IMG/VR virus record: IMGVR_UViG_3300045119_000200
Span: 1 to 64,000 of that record
Source: a virus
Length of the DNA: 64,000 nt
Strand: one strand, 5' to 3'
Made by a program: the position numbers and the translations under genes. Positions 27,415 to 37,900 of this stretch are shown in pieces. The notes under the pieces were generated by a model, which had not been told where the DNA came from, made no database searches, and was given only the letters and a program-made list of their open reading frames with translations. Position 1 is the stretch's first letter. Each line of letters opens with the position of its first letter.

Positions 27415-27681
27415 ATGGAAATTAAACGATTACTGAACGGAAACGTTCTTGTAAGACCAGTTAAAAAAGAAGAAAATAAAACAGCGGGAGGATTGATCAT
27501 AATTCCAACAGCAAATACAAAAAGTGTTAATGAGGTTGAAATACTTCAGCTTCCGGAAAACGCAGGAAGTTACGAAGTTGGAGATATTGCTCTGGTTTCA
27601 CTATATGCTGGAATACCGTATAATATTGATGGTGAAGATGTATTGATCGTCAACCTGCAAGAAATCATTTTAGTTTTATAA
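27415..27681 (+). CDS. groES: Co-chaperonin GroES
   Basis: VLVRP..EE.KTAGGLII, VGD, YAG.....DGE..LIV...EI. Confidence 0.85.
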   Translation: MEIKRLLNGNVLVRPVKKEENKTAGGLIIIPTANTKSVNEVEILQLPENAGSYEVGDIALVSLYAGIPYNIDGEDVLIVNLQEIILVL

Positions 27682-30600
27682 TGGAAATAAAGAAAACATT
27701 TGTCCAAGGGAAGATGAATTTTGATATTGATGAAAGATTACTTCCCGATGGTCAATACCCATATGCAGAAAATATTAGAGTTGCTACGACCGATGGATCA
27801 AACCTAGGCTCTGTTCAAAATATAGAAGGTAACACTCAAATGACAAGTTATTCATTAACTAACGCTTCTACTATAGGAGCGTTTGCTGATGGAGCAAGGT
27901 ACAAAATTTATTGGTTGGTAACATCGGATGAAAAAGATATGGTTATCGAATTTGATACGCAAACCGAAATACCGACGGTTCTTTTAGAATCGAACAAACC
28001 AAACAGTGTTCTTAATTTTGATCCTAACTATTTAGTTACAGGAATGGTTAAGATTGTGAACGATGTTTATAATAAAAATTTGTTAGCTTGGACCGATGAC
28101 AGAAATAATCCGAGATGTATTAACATCGAAAGAGCAAAAACTTATGGGCCGGATGGATTTGAAGAAGAAGACATTTGTTTAATCAAAATGCCACCGAAAT
28201 ATGCTTTGAAAACTCAGCTTACTTATACGGCATCTTCTTTGGAAAATAATATGGAAGATAAGTTTCTTTCATTTTGTTACAGATATAAATATCTTGATGG
28301 AGAATATTCTGCTTTATCAACGTATACAAATTATCAATTTTCTCCAAAAGAGTTTGATTTAGATTATCAAACAATGGAGAACGAAGGAATGGTGAATTCA
28401 TTTAATGCGGTTAAATTATTATTTGATACAGGAAGTAAAAGAGTTACTGATATCGAATTGATTTATAAAGAATCTAATTCGAATACTTTATATGTGATTC
28501 AAAGATTTAATAAAGCTGAAGAAGGATGGAATGATGACAGTGAACAATTTTTCGTTTTCGCTAATGATAAAAAGTATAAAGCACTTCCACCAGATGAATT
28601 ATTTAGATCTTACGATAACGTTCCCAGAGTTGCTAAAGCTTTAGATCTTATCGGGAACAGATTGGTGTTTGGTAATTATGTAGAAGGATACGATTTGGTT
28701 AATATCTATGGTGAGAATATTAGTTTGGATTACGATTTAGAAATAATATCTAATAAAATTGAAGGAAAAACTGTACCAATTACTTTGTTATCCAGTAGAG
28801 AAAATTTATCTTTTGATTTATCTGGTATTCAATTATTAAAAAACACGAGATTGAATTTTGTGTTAGAATTAGAAAACAGTGTTATAGATGGTGAATCGAC
28901 AGCTGATGCAGATTTTATATTAAACAGAGATTATGTTGACGCGAATGATTTAGCGAGTGATGCAGATTTTATATTGTTTGTCAATACTATTTTAACAAAC
29001 AGATTTATTCAAAATTATACAGCAACACCGCCAGCTAATTCACAACCGCCTTCTGTAACAGGTATTTCAATAGTAAGTTCAACAGCGACAACAATTGTTT
29101 TCGATTCACCGACGTTGACTTATACGATAGATGATACACCTAATGATCCTAATGATAATACTACTCATGACGAATCATTTAAATGGCAGTTTAAAAGTTC
29201 TTCTGTAATAACTTTTGATAATATCGCTACAGCATCATCTCTTAAAACAAATAGGAGTTATGAAGTTGGAATGTTATATAGAGATAATTTTACCAGATGT
29301 ACATCAGTATTAACTTGTCCTGAGAATACAATATATGTTCCACAAGAACATTCTGTTGATCAAAACAAAATTAAAGTTACTGTAAATCATTTACCACCTA
29401 GCTGGGCAGATACATATAAGTTTGTAGTTAAGCAGAATAAAGCCGAGTATCAAACAATTTATACCAATTTCTTTTATCAAGATGGTATTTACAGATGGAT
29501 ATTGCTAGAAGGTGCTAATAAAGATAAAGTTCATGAAGGAGATACGTTGATTGTTAAATCGGACATTAGTGGACCATTGAGCAAAATAATTAAAGTAAGA
29601 GTATTAGAAATCACAACAAAAGAAGCTGATTTTATTCAAGATAATTTTGATGTAGATGGAAATCCTATTATTGAAGAAGCAGGGGTTTATATGAAAATAA
29701 AACCAGTTGGTTTTGATATGACTTTTGATGCAGCTACCTTTAGATTATTTCAAGGAAACAGAGCAGGGTTTTATCCGAATAGAGCATTCACAAGTCCTAT
29801 TTTTGGTCAAATTATAAACGGATCATTCGTTCCATATAAATTGAAATCCGGAAGTAGAGTAAGAATATACATATTGGTTATGAATACTTCTCTTAATGCT
29901 CAGGAGCAACAAATTTATGATAAACGATTTAGAGTTCAGTCCGATTACAATAGTGTTAAGGAATGGTTTGATGCAGAAGTAGAAAACTTAGGAGATTTCG
30001 GAATTGATTATCTTTGGGATGGTATTGAAGACATAGGACCAAACACCACAACGAACGCTGGTTACGGTCAAGGAGATGCATTTAACAGAGGATCAGGATG
30101 GGACTTCACTTCGGATGGATCTCAATTTTGGGCAATGTATCATAAAAGAGCCGGTAACTTAGGTCAAGTATACGTTCTTCCAGTTAAGTTTGAAATATTC
30201 TTTTCAGAAGGAAATGTGATATTTGAAACAGAACCGGATGAAAGTGAATCGGATATTTATTATGAAACAGAACAGACTTTTGATATTGTTGATGGTAAGC
30301 ATACAGGAAATTTAGTAAATCAGACCAACAGTCTTCCAGCGGAAGTAGAAATGGATTTCTTTAATTGCTATGTTCAGGGTAATGGTGCGGAAAGTTACAG
30401 ATATAAAGATCAGTTCAACGGTAAGTATTTGAATATTGATTTACGTCCATCAACGACAACGATTGAAAAATATAGAGAAATCAGAAGATATGCAGATATG
30501 ACTTATAGCGAACCTTATTCTGCGAATACAAATATCAATGGTTTAAATGAATTTAATTTAGCGAAAGCGAATTACAAAGATGATTTAGACAAAAGATATG

Positions 30601-31391
30601 GATCAATTCAAAAACTTTTTGCTAGAGAATCAAACGTTCTCGTAATGCAAGAGGATAAAATTGGTCAGGTGTTCTACGGAAAAGATTTGTTATATAACGC
30701 AGATGGAAGTAGTAATTTAGCATCTATAGATCAAGTATTAGGAGAATGGAAACCATACCTTGGTGAATATGGAATTAGTAGAAATCCTGAAAGTTTTGTA
30801 TTTGATGGATTTAATATTTATTTCACAGACGTTAAAAGAGGAGCGGTTATGAGATTGGCTGGAGATGGCATAAATGAAATTCCTTTTGGAATGAAGCAAT
30901 TCTTTAAAACTCAATTTAGTAACGATGATGACACTGTTAAAAAAGGTGGTTATGATGCAAATTATGATGAATATTATCTTTATGATTCAGATGACGCTCT
31001 TATAAGACCTGAACAAATTGATTGTGGTCAATCAATTACTAAAATTAATTTCAGAGAAGCTTTTGATTTAATGGTTAATTTTACACCGAATGAAGGACTG
31101 GCAGGTTTTTCTTTTGTAACGAATGGTAAGCCGGTTAAGTTTAAAATTAAATTTTCAAATTTTGAATTAGAAACAGGGTTTTATGGAGATCCATCTTACA
31201 ATGATGAATTGATAAATTTAGGTTATGAACCGGTTGTAGGAAATAGTTCAGATAATATAACATTTAATAAATCAAGATCGTTACCTGAAACAATAAATTC
31301 GAAAACGATGCCTTTGAGTATTGGGAAAATAACAGTTTTTTCTCCTTTCGAAAATGTAAATATAACACTAATAACAACTTGTCCTATATAG
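27681..31391 (+). CDS. Tail stabilisation/muzzle protein (N-terminal part)
   Basis: F..GKMN.D.DERL.P.G.Y..A.N, WTD..N.PR.IN, GNRL.FGNY.EG, YGSIQKL, GEYGIS.NPESF. Confidence 0.78.
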   Translation: MEIKKTFVQGKMNFDIDERLLPDGQYPYAENIRVATTDGSNLGSVQNIEGNTQMTSYSLTNASTIGAFADGARYKIYWLVTSDEKDMVIEFDTQTEIPTVLLESNKPNSVLNFDPNYLVTGMVKIVNDVYNKNLLAWTDDRNNPRCINIERAKTYGPDGFEEEDICLIKMPPKYALKTQLTYTASSLENNMEDKFLSFCYRYKYLDGEYSALSTYTNYQFSPKEFDLDYQTMENEGMVNSFNAVKLLFDTGSKRVTDIELIYKESNSNTLYVIQRFNKAEEGWNDDSEQFFVFANDKKYKALPPDELFRSYDNVPRVAKALDLIGNRLVFGNYVEGYDLVNIYGENISLDYDLEIISNKIEGKTVPITLLSSRENLSFDLSGIQLLKNTRLNFVLELENSVIDGESTADADFILNRDYVDANDLASDADFILFVNTILTNRFIQNYTATPPANSQPPSVTGISIVSSTATTIVFDSPTLTYTIDDTPNDPNDNTTHDESFKWQFKSSSVITFDNIATASSLKTNRSYEVGMLYRDNFTRCTSVLTCPENTIYVPQEHSVDQNKIKVTVNHLPPSWADTYKFVVKQNKAEYQTIYTNFFYQDGIYRWILLEGANKDKVHEGDTLIVKSDISGPLSKIIKVRVLEITTKEADFIQDNFDVDGNPIIEEAGVYMKIKPVGFDMTFDAATFRLFQGNRAGFYPNRAFTSPIFGQIINGSFVPYKLKSGSRVRIYILVMNTSLNAQEQQIYDKRFRVQSDYNSVKEWFDAEVENLGDFGIDYLWDGIEDIGPNTTTNAGYGQGDAFNRGSGWDFTSDGSQFWAMYHKRAGNLGQVYVLPVKFEIFFSEGNVIFETEPDESESDIYYETEQTFDIVDGKHTGNLVNQTNSLPAEVEMDFFNCYVQGNGAESYRYKDQFNGKYLNIDLRPSTTTIEKYREIRRYADMTYSEPYSANTNINGLNEFNLAKANYKDDLDKRYGSIQKLFARESNVLVMQEDKIGQVFYGKDLLYNADGSSNLASIDQVLGEWKPYLGEYGISRNPESFVFDGFNIYFTDVKRGAVMRLAGDGINEIPFGMKQFFKTQFSNDDDTVKKGGYDANYDEYYLYDSDDALIRPEQIDCGQSITKINFREAFDLMVNFTPNEGLAGFSFVTNGKPVKFKIKFSNFELETGFYGDPSYNDELINLGYEPVVGNSSDNITFNKSRSLPETINSKTMPLSIGKITVFSPFENVNITLITTCPI

Positions 31392-31400
31392 GATTTAAAT

Positions 31401-32153
31401 ATGGAAAATAATAGATATGTAATATCTTTCAATGAGGATATAAAAGGATGGACATCGTTTCATCCTTTTGTTCCTGATTGGATGATTAGCATGAATAGTC
31501 AATTTTATAGTTTTAAGAACGGAAACTTATATAAACATTTTGACCCTGCTGCACCAAGAAATACTTTTTATGGAATAGAATATCCATCGAAAATATCTGT
31601 GATGGTTAATGCAAGTCCTTCTGTAATTAAAGAATTGCAAGTAGTTGGATTAGAAGGAAATTTACCATGGGATATGATTATCACAGCTTATGTATCAGAC
31701 GTTGAGGATTTCATTTCATCAACAATTGATGCCTCAGAATTTGAAAAAGATGAAGGTTTGTGGTCAACTTACGCAAGACGTAATGAAGATGCGAATCAAA
31801 CAGATTCATCTGCTGTCTATGGAATCGGAAGAGTAAATAATATTTCTGGCACGACTATTGTAGTAAATGGCTTTAGTGATGTTATTACGATCGGAGATAA
31901 ATTGTTTAATGTTAATTTAGATTTGATCGGAACAATTCAAAGTCATTCAAGAGTTGGAAATGAAACTACAATTGTTTTAAATACTGTGAATAACTTATCT
32001 ACAACAGATTTTGTTTTAGGAGGTAAAGATGTAAGAATTGAAGGTGGGAATTTACGTGGTTATACAATAAGATTTGACCTAGAAATCAATTCTACTCAAC
32101 GTGCTGAACTCTTCGCTTTAAACGCAGAAGTGATAAAAAGTTTCCAATCATAA
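31401..32153 (+). CDS. Tail protein resembling the muzzle C-terminal part
   Basis: ISF.E..KGW.SF..F.P......N..FYSFK.G.L..H; RGY...ELFA. Confidence 0.65.
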   Translation: MENNRYVISFNEDIKGWTSFHPFVPDWMISMNSQFYSFKNGNLYKHFDPAAPRNTFYGIEYPSKISVMVNASPSVIKELQVVGLEGNLPWDMIITAYVSDVEDFISSTIDASEFEKDEGLWSTYARRNEDANQTDSSAVYGIGRVNNISGTTIVVNGFSDVITIGDKLFNVNLDLIGTIQSHSRVGNETTIVLNTVNNLSTTDFVLGGKDVRIEGGNLRGYTIRFDLEINSTQRAELFALNAEVIKSFQS

Positions 32154-32193
32154 GGAAATTTTCAGTATCTTTGTATAATTAAAATTTATTAAA

Positions 32194-32586
32194 ATGAAAA
32201 CAGTAAGATATAGAACTGTAGATATTTATCAAAAGGTTTGCAACTGGTGGAAAGCACATGGTTTTCCAGTTTTACCAGTTGATTTCCTTCCATTTGAAGG
32301 ATATATAATCTCTGATAACGATGTAGAACTTTATGCAGTTTTCTTATATGTCACAGATTCAGCATTGTGTTGGTTAACTTTTCCGGTTTCAAATCCGAAA
32401 GCGACATATGAACAGAAGCAAGGAGCAATGGAACAATTGTTCAAAGACGTAGCAGAGGATGCTAAGTCAGAAGGATTTAAATTTATGTTCACAACATCAC
32501 CTTTACCGAGAGTACAAGAAGCATTGATTAATTCAGGTTTTGAATTAGGTGATCAGAACGTTAATCATTATATGAAATTAATATGA
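32194..32586 (+). CDS. GNAT-like protein preceding ejection genes
   Basis: WW..H.F, A...GFK..F, GF motifs; position like T7 gp13/P22 gp14. Confidence 0.6.
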   Translation: MKTVRYRTVDIYQKVCNWWKAHGFPVLPVDFLPFEGYIISDNDVELYAVFLYVTDSALCWLTFPVSNPKATYEQKQGAMEQLFKDVAEDAKSEGFKFMFTTSPLPRVQEALINSGFELGDQNVNHYMKLI

Positions 32587-33338
32587 TAGCAACAGCAGTA
32601 TTAGCGGCAGGATCACTGGCTATGGGAGTAGCAGGAGGAATCTCCAAACAGAAAGAAGGTCGTAGAATGCAACAAGAAGCACAAAGACAAATTGATGCTT
32701 TTAAATGGCAAGAGTTACAAAACCCTTATAAAAATATGCAGGTTAGTACTCTTGCAGCAGATCTTCAAAGAGAAGAAGCAGATGTAACAGAAGCAGGAAT
32801 GATAGATTCGCTTCAAACAGCTGGTAACAGAGCGATGGTCGGATCAGTTGGTAAAGTTCAAGCTAATGCAAATACTCTTAATAGAGAAATTGCAACAAAC
32901 TTAGATGAACAACAAAAAGCAATTGATAGAGCAGCGGCTCAACAAGACATTAATAATCAATCTGTAATCGAAGGAAGACAACAACAAGAATTAGCCGGAT
33001 ACGGACAACAATTAAATGTCGGTATGGGAATGAAATATCAAGGTCAAGCAGATGTCGTTAATGGTATTGCATCGGCCGGTCAAGCGATAGGTGCTTATAG
33101 TAAAGCTGGAACAGGCGCGGCAGCAACAGATACTTCTCAAATGGGAGGAGGGAATTTTCAACAATTCGATTTCAGTAAATATACTGATCCGAATTATTCT
33201 GGGGCGATGGCTTATGGAGTAGGACAAAAAGTAAATGAACTTGTTGGATCAATATCAAATAGTCCAGATTATGCCAAAGTCTACGGAACAAGTTCTTTCG
33301 GAATGGGACAAGGTATGGGATTTGGTTTAAGTTATTAA
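32583..33338 (+). CDS. Internal virion/ejection protein
   Basis: Hydrophobic G/A N-terminus, Q/A-rich coiled coil. Confidence 0.7.
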   Translation: MIATAVLAAGSLAMGVAGGISKQKEGRRMQQEAQRQIDAFKWQELQNPYKNMQVSTLAADLQREEADVTEAGMIDSLQTAGNRAMVGSVGKVQANANTLNREIATNLDEQQKAIDRAAAQQDINNQSVIEGRQQQELAGYGQQLNVGMGMKYQGQADVVNGIASAGQAIGAYSKAGTGAAATDTSQMGGGNFQQFDFSKYTDPNYSGAMAYGVGQKVNELVGSISNSPDYAKVYGTSSFGMGQGMGFGLSY

Positions 33339-33350
33339 TAAAATATAAAT

Positions 33351-34919
33351 ATGGCAGGACAAGGAGGAGGGGCCGCTTATCAGAGATTAACAACACCTGA
33401 TGACGGTCTTTCTCGTTCTCTACAATATTGGGGAGGTTTGTATAATCAACAGGCTCAACAAAACAGAGAAAGAGAAGATAAAGAAAAAATTCGTAAACAG
33501 AAAGAAGTTTCTGACTGGGAAGAAAAGAACCAAGTTAACTACGATGATTTTAAACAAACGATTACCGGTTACAACACTTATGATGACGTAGGACGTTCAT
33601 ATGCTCAAAAAGCTATGGATGCATATGTTGAGCAATACAATAAAGCTGAAGAAGCAATGAAAAACGGAAAGACTAAAGAGATGCAGTCATACCGAAATAA
33701 TATGCTTAAGATCAAAGGAACTTTTGGTCAAATCAAAGATATGAACGTTGCTCTTTCAAAACGTAATGCTGAATATGAAGATCTTGTTGCTAAAGGAAAA
33801 ATGTCCGGAGTTGATAAAGATACTTGGGAAGCACAGAATTACGCGCTACTTGGTAAGAACATGGATATTGGTTTAGATCAAAACTTTAATCCGGTTGTAA
33901 AAGGTATCACGAATTTAGATGATCCTAACGGTCAAGAATCTCCGTTTGAAATTCCATATAACCAAATGGTTAACGGAAATTGGAGAGCGTATCAACGTCA
34001 AGAACTTGTAGGTAAGGATGGGTTAATACCAACCGTACTTGGAACAATCGGAACATATGAAGAAGTGAAACGTAAAAATGGAAATATTATTACTTCTAAT
34101 CTTTGGACTGATAATATGACTCAAGCCACTAAATCATTGATTAATCCGATGGTTAAGTCAGATGAAGTAATGGCAGACTTAACAAATCAATTTGATCCAT
34201 CAAGTAAGAAAAGAACAGGATTTACTGACGAAGAAAGAAATGCTATGACTGATAAACTTTCAGGAATGGTTCAAGATAGTTTTAAAGAAAAATATAAAGA
34301 AGAGTGGGATAAAGATTACGCTGCACTTCAGGAAACCAAACGTCATAATAAATCGAATGAAGATATCGGTAGATCAAATGCAGCATCAAACAAACAACGT
34401 GCTGATAACGATTCGAAACGTACAGCAGTATATGGTTATCGTGCTAAGACCGATCGTATTAAAGCTGAGAATGAAAGAGAAAGAAATACTCCGGATCTTA
34501 AAATCGGTACAGCTTGGGTTGACAAAGTTAAGATAGACGGTAAATATCAAAATGTTCCGATGAAAAATTATCAAGTGTTCACAAAAGATAATGTGGTACA
34601 ACCGATTATCCTTGGTGCAACAAAAGATAAAGACGGAAACACCATTGTAACAAAAGCTTCTTCAGTTGACGTATCATCTGATGGAACTTTAATGAGATTA
34701 CAAATTGAAGGTCGTAAAGAACCGATGTATATTTCCAGAAAAGGAAACACACAGTCAAAAGCATTATTTGAGAAAATCGAAACTCAATTAGGTGACAGAG
34801 ACGTAAAAGAAGTTAATTTATTCGGAGCGGAGAATACAAGTCCGATCCAATCAAGTAAGCCGACTAAAAATAAAAAAATGACTGTACAAGAAATACAGAA
34901 TAAATATAATATAAATTAA
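33351..34919 (+). CDS. Internal virion/ejection protein
   Basis: 522 aa, helical, between small and giant ejection genes. Confidence 0.65.
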   Translation: MAGQGGGAAYQRLTTPDDGLSRSLQYWGGLYNQQAQQNREREDKEKIRKQKEVSDWEEKNQVNYDDFKQTITGYNTYDDVGRSYAQKAMDAYVEQYNKAEEAMKNGKTKEMQSYRNNMLKIKGTFGQIKDMNVALSKRNAEYEDLVAKGKMSGVDKDTWEAQNYALLGKNMDIGLDQNFNPVVKGITNLDDPNGQESPFEIPYNQMVNGNWRAYQRQELVGKDGLIPTVLGTIGTYEEVKRKNGNIITSNLWTDNMTQATKSLINPMVKSDEVMADLTNQFDPSSKKRTGFTDEERNAMTDKLSGMVQDSFKEKYKEEWDKDYAALQETKRHNKSNEDIGRSNAASNKQRADNDSKRTAVYGYRAKTDRIKAENERERNTPDLKIGTAWVDKVKIDGKYQNVPMKNYQVFTKDNVVQPIILGATKDKDGNTIVTKASSVDVSSDGTLMRLQIEGRKEPMYISRKGNTQSKALFEKIETQLGDRDVKEVNLFGAENTSPIQSSKPTKNKKMTVQEIQNKYNIN

Positions 34920-34923
34920 AATA

Positions 34924-37900
34924 ATGGACGAATTTAATGAACAAGTAAATCCAACAGATAATGCTACTCCTAATCAGAGTGGCATTTCTGGTAATGGAGA
35001 AGATCCTAAATTAAATCCGAAGGATAAAGAAAGGTTAACAAAGGCTGTTATGCAAATGACAAATGATGGTATCGATGATGAAACTATTAAAAAGGCCGTA
35101 TCTAATTTTAAAAATAAATATGGAATCAAACCAGCTGCTACACCAAAACCTGTTGAAACAAAACCAGTAGGTGCAACAGCTGTTTCCGAACCTATTCAAA
35201 AACCAACCACACAACCTAATCCAGAACAGCCTGAAATTGGGGGTACAGTTTCACCAAAAACCGACTCAAATCCTAAAGAGGTAGGTAAACCTACACTTGA
35301 AGTTGGAGAGGTCAAAAGCGAAGGAATTGTGCCAGAACGTCCAACGACTTATCAAGGGCTTCCGATTACTTATGGAGAAACTGATGATAGTGGTGTTGTA
35401 GATTTTGGAAACGGAATTAATTTACCAGCTTCAGTTCTTCCTAAAGAAGAAAAAGCACAACCTGTTATTCGTGTTGCTGAATATATTTCTTCCCTTGGTC
35501 CAGATGGTAAACAACCGGTTGACATAACTGGTCAAACAATTACCAAAGATGCTGAGAACAAGATGTATGAAGATTGGCAGACGAAAGGTTGGGGTAAGAT
35601 TGTTAAGACTGATGAAAACACAGGTCGTTTCATTTTTGCTCCAAATGAAGAAGGTAGAGATAAGATCAAAAAAGTTTATGAGGAACAGCTTGGTTACAAC
35701 AAACCGATGAAAGAAGAGGAAGGCGATTTCCTTGGTGAATATGCTGCTGACATCCATAAAAAATACGGAGTCCTTCTTACCAATGAAGATCGTGCGAAGC
35801 TTGGAACAAAAGAAGGGAGAGATTCCCTTGAAATTGATCTTCAGGCTAAACAACTGGTTAAAAACAATCCGAACCTTTCTTATGATCAAGCATGGGATCA
35901 AGTTGCCAACGAATATTCTATTAATTCAAATGAAACAAGTCGTGATCTTGCTTCCAATTTCTTTTATGAAAGATTAACTCAAATGAGATGGGGGAAGGAT
36001 GAAGATACTAAAGATGAAGCTGAATGGATTAAAAGTACGATGGGTAATCAGGATATGATGCAACAGTTCGGTCAATTCTTGCAATCCGATGAAGGAAAAG
36101 CATATTCAACTTCTACGAATAAGTTCTTATCCACTATGAATCAGAAGGATATGAAGGATGTTGTGAATGCTTTCTTCCAATATGAGAACAAACAGAATAT
36201 GATCAATACTCAGGCCAACATCGAACAATATAAAGATACTCAGGCTAAATTGGTAAATTCTGCTAAATCTGGAAATGTTGATGAAGCAAGACAAGTTCTT
36301 CAGTCTCTTAATGAATCTGGTGAAAAAATTCGTAGTAATGATACTCAGGCCCAAAACCTTTTCTTACAACAACAAGCTATCAACGGAGTTTTCACCGAAG
36401 CGAATTATTGGGAAGATAAAGCTGGTGAATATTATGGAGACGTTGAAAATGGAAAACGTACTGTAGAAAATGTGATCAACGGATCTTCTCTTATGGCGAC
36501 CAACGCTGTTAAAAGAACTGCCGGAGGAATTCTTTCTGTGTTCTTGTCACCAATGACAATGATGGGAGATGAAAATAAACAGGATTATTACGACCTTGTT
36601 CGAGCAATGGGTAAACCGTTGGAAATGAAAGGTGTGAAACTTCATGATGCTTTTTATTCTCAGGAAGTCGGTAAGGACAAAAATGGAATTGAATACGTTC
36701 GTCTTGACGATGGTAAAGTTTATCAACGTACTGAAGATGGACAAATGCAATATCTTACTAAAGAAGAATATGATCTTAATGATATTAAGTTTGATAAAAC
36801 AGAACATGAATGGAGTACTACAGGTATAGCCAACGCTGTTCAATCATTTGGATGGGATGTTTACATGGCCGGTGGAATCGGAAACGTTGTGACTAAACCA
36901 ATCGCAGCATTATCTGAGTATGCAGCTGTAGCAAATGCAACTAAGAACTTAGCCAGAGCCGGTGTAGCCATCGGTGAAGAATCTGCTGTAACAAGAGGTT
37001 TAGCTAATTTCACAAGAGCAATGAGATCTCCTCATACAGCTACGAATGCAGGTTTCTTCACTCAGATGTATCAGGATAATTTGATCAAAGCAAAAGATGC
37101 TGGAATTGAATCTGACCTTGGTGCATCAATGTATGCAACTTTAAATTCAGCTTTTGATTCATTCTTGATTTCAAAAGTTGTTCCGGAGTTTAAAATGGGA
37201 CAATTGAATAACCAAGTAAGAGCGATCACAAGAAATCTTGCTGAGAACAAAATGGCTTCAGCTTCCCAAGGAATGTATAACTTCCTGAAAGAAACCGCTC
37301 CGAACATGGCTCATACTTATTTGACCATGTTGGCAATTGAAACCAAAACAAAGTTGACAGATACTAATTTGAATACTTTGACAGATGCTCATTTTAACGT
37401 AGATAATTCAGAAAGTATTTTTGCTTCATCTGCTAAAGGAGCGTTACCATTGGTGCTTTTCTCTATGATCAGCAAATCTCCAATGATGATGCGAAACAAA
37501 GCTGTGTTGAATGAACAACTTGTCGATTTATCGAAAATGGATAAAGATCAGATCATGGTGAGTTTAGCAAGACAAGGAGATCATATCTTCCCGTTATTGA
37601 AGAACGAAGCACAAAATGCATATTTTAAATCTTATGGTGATGAAGTAAATAACATCGCTGATAGAATTAAAGAAAAACAGGTATTGATTCAGAAAATTCC
37701 GAACTATGAAAAATATAGTGATAAGGATCTTACTGATATGACCGATTTAATGGAACTTAAACAGAAAAAGCAAACTGAGATTGATAATGCTGATGGTGCT
37801 TTTAAAAGTTCTTTAAACAAAGATATTAAAAATATTGATTTACAAATTGAAGAAATAGCAAATGGAAAAACAGGCACCAGTACCAAGACCGGATCTGAAA

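Larger units (their letters stand above)
9834..32173 (+). promoter_or_regulatory. Set of extended -7 promoters (T-tract/CG)TATnTTTG at 9834, 10107, 10872, 12201, 12299, 16059, 22323, 25799, 32166
   Basis: Each is intergenic directly upstream of a gene start and matches Bacteroidota TAnnTTTG. Confidence 0.75.
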
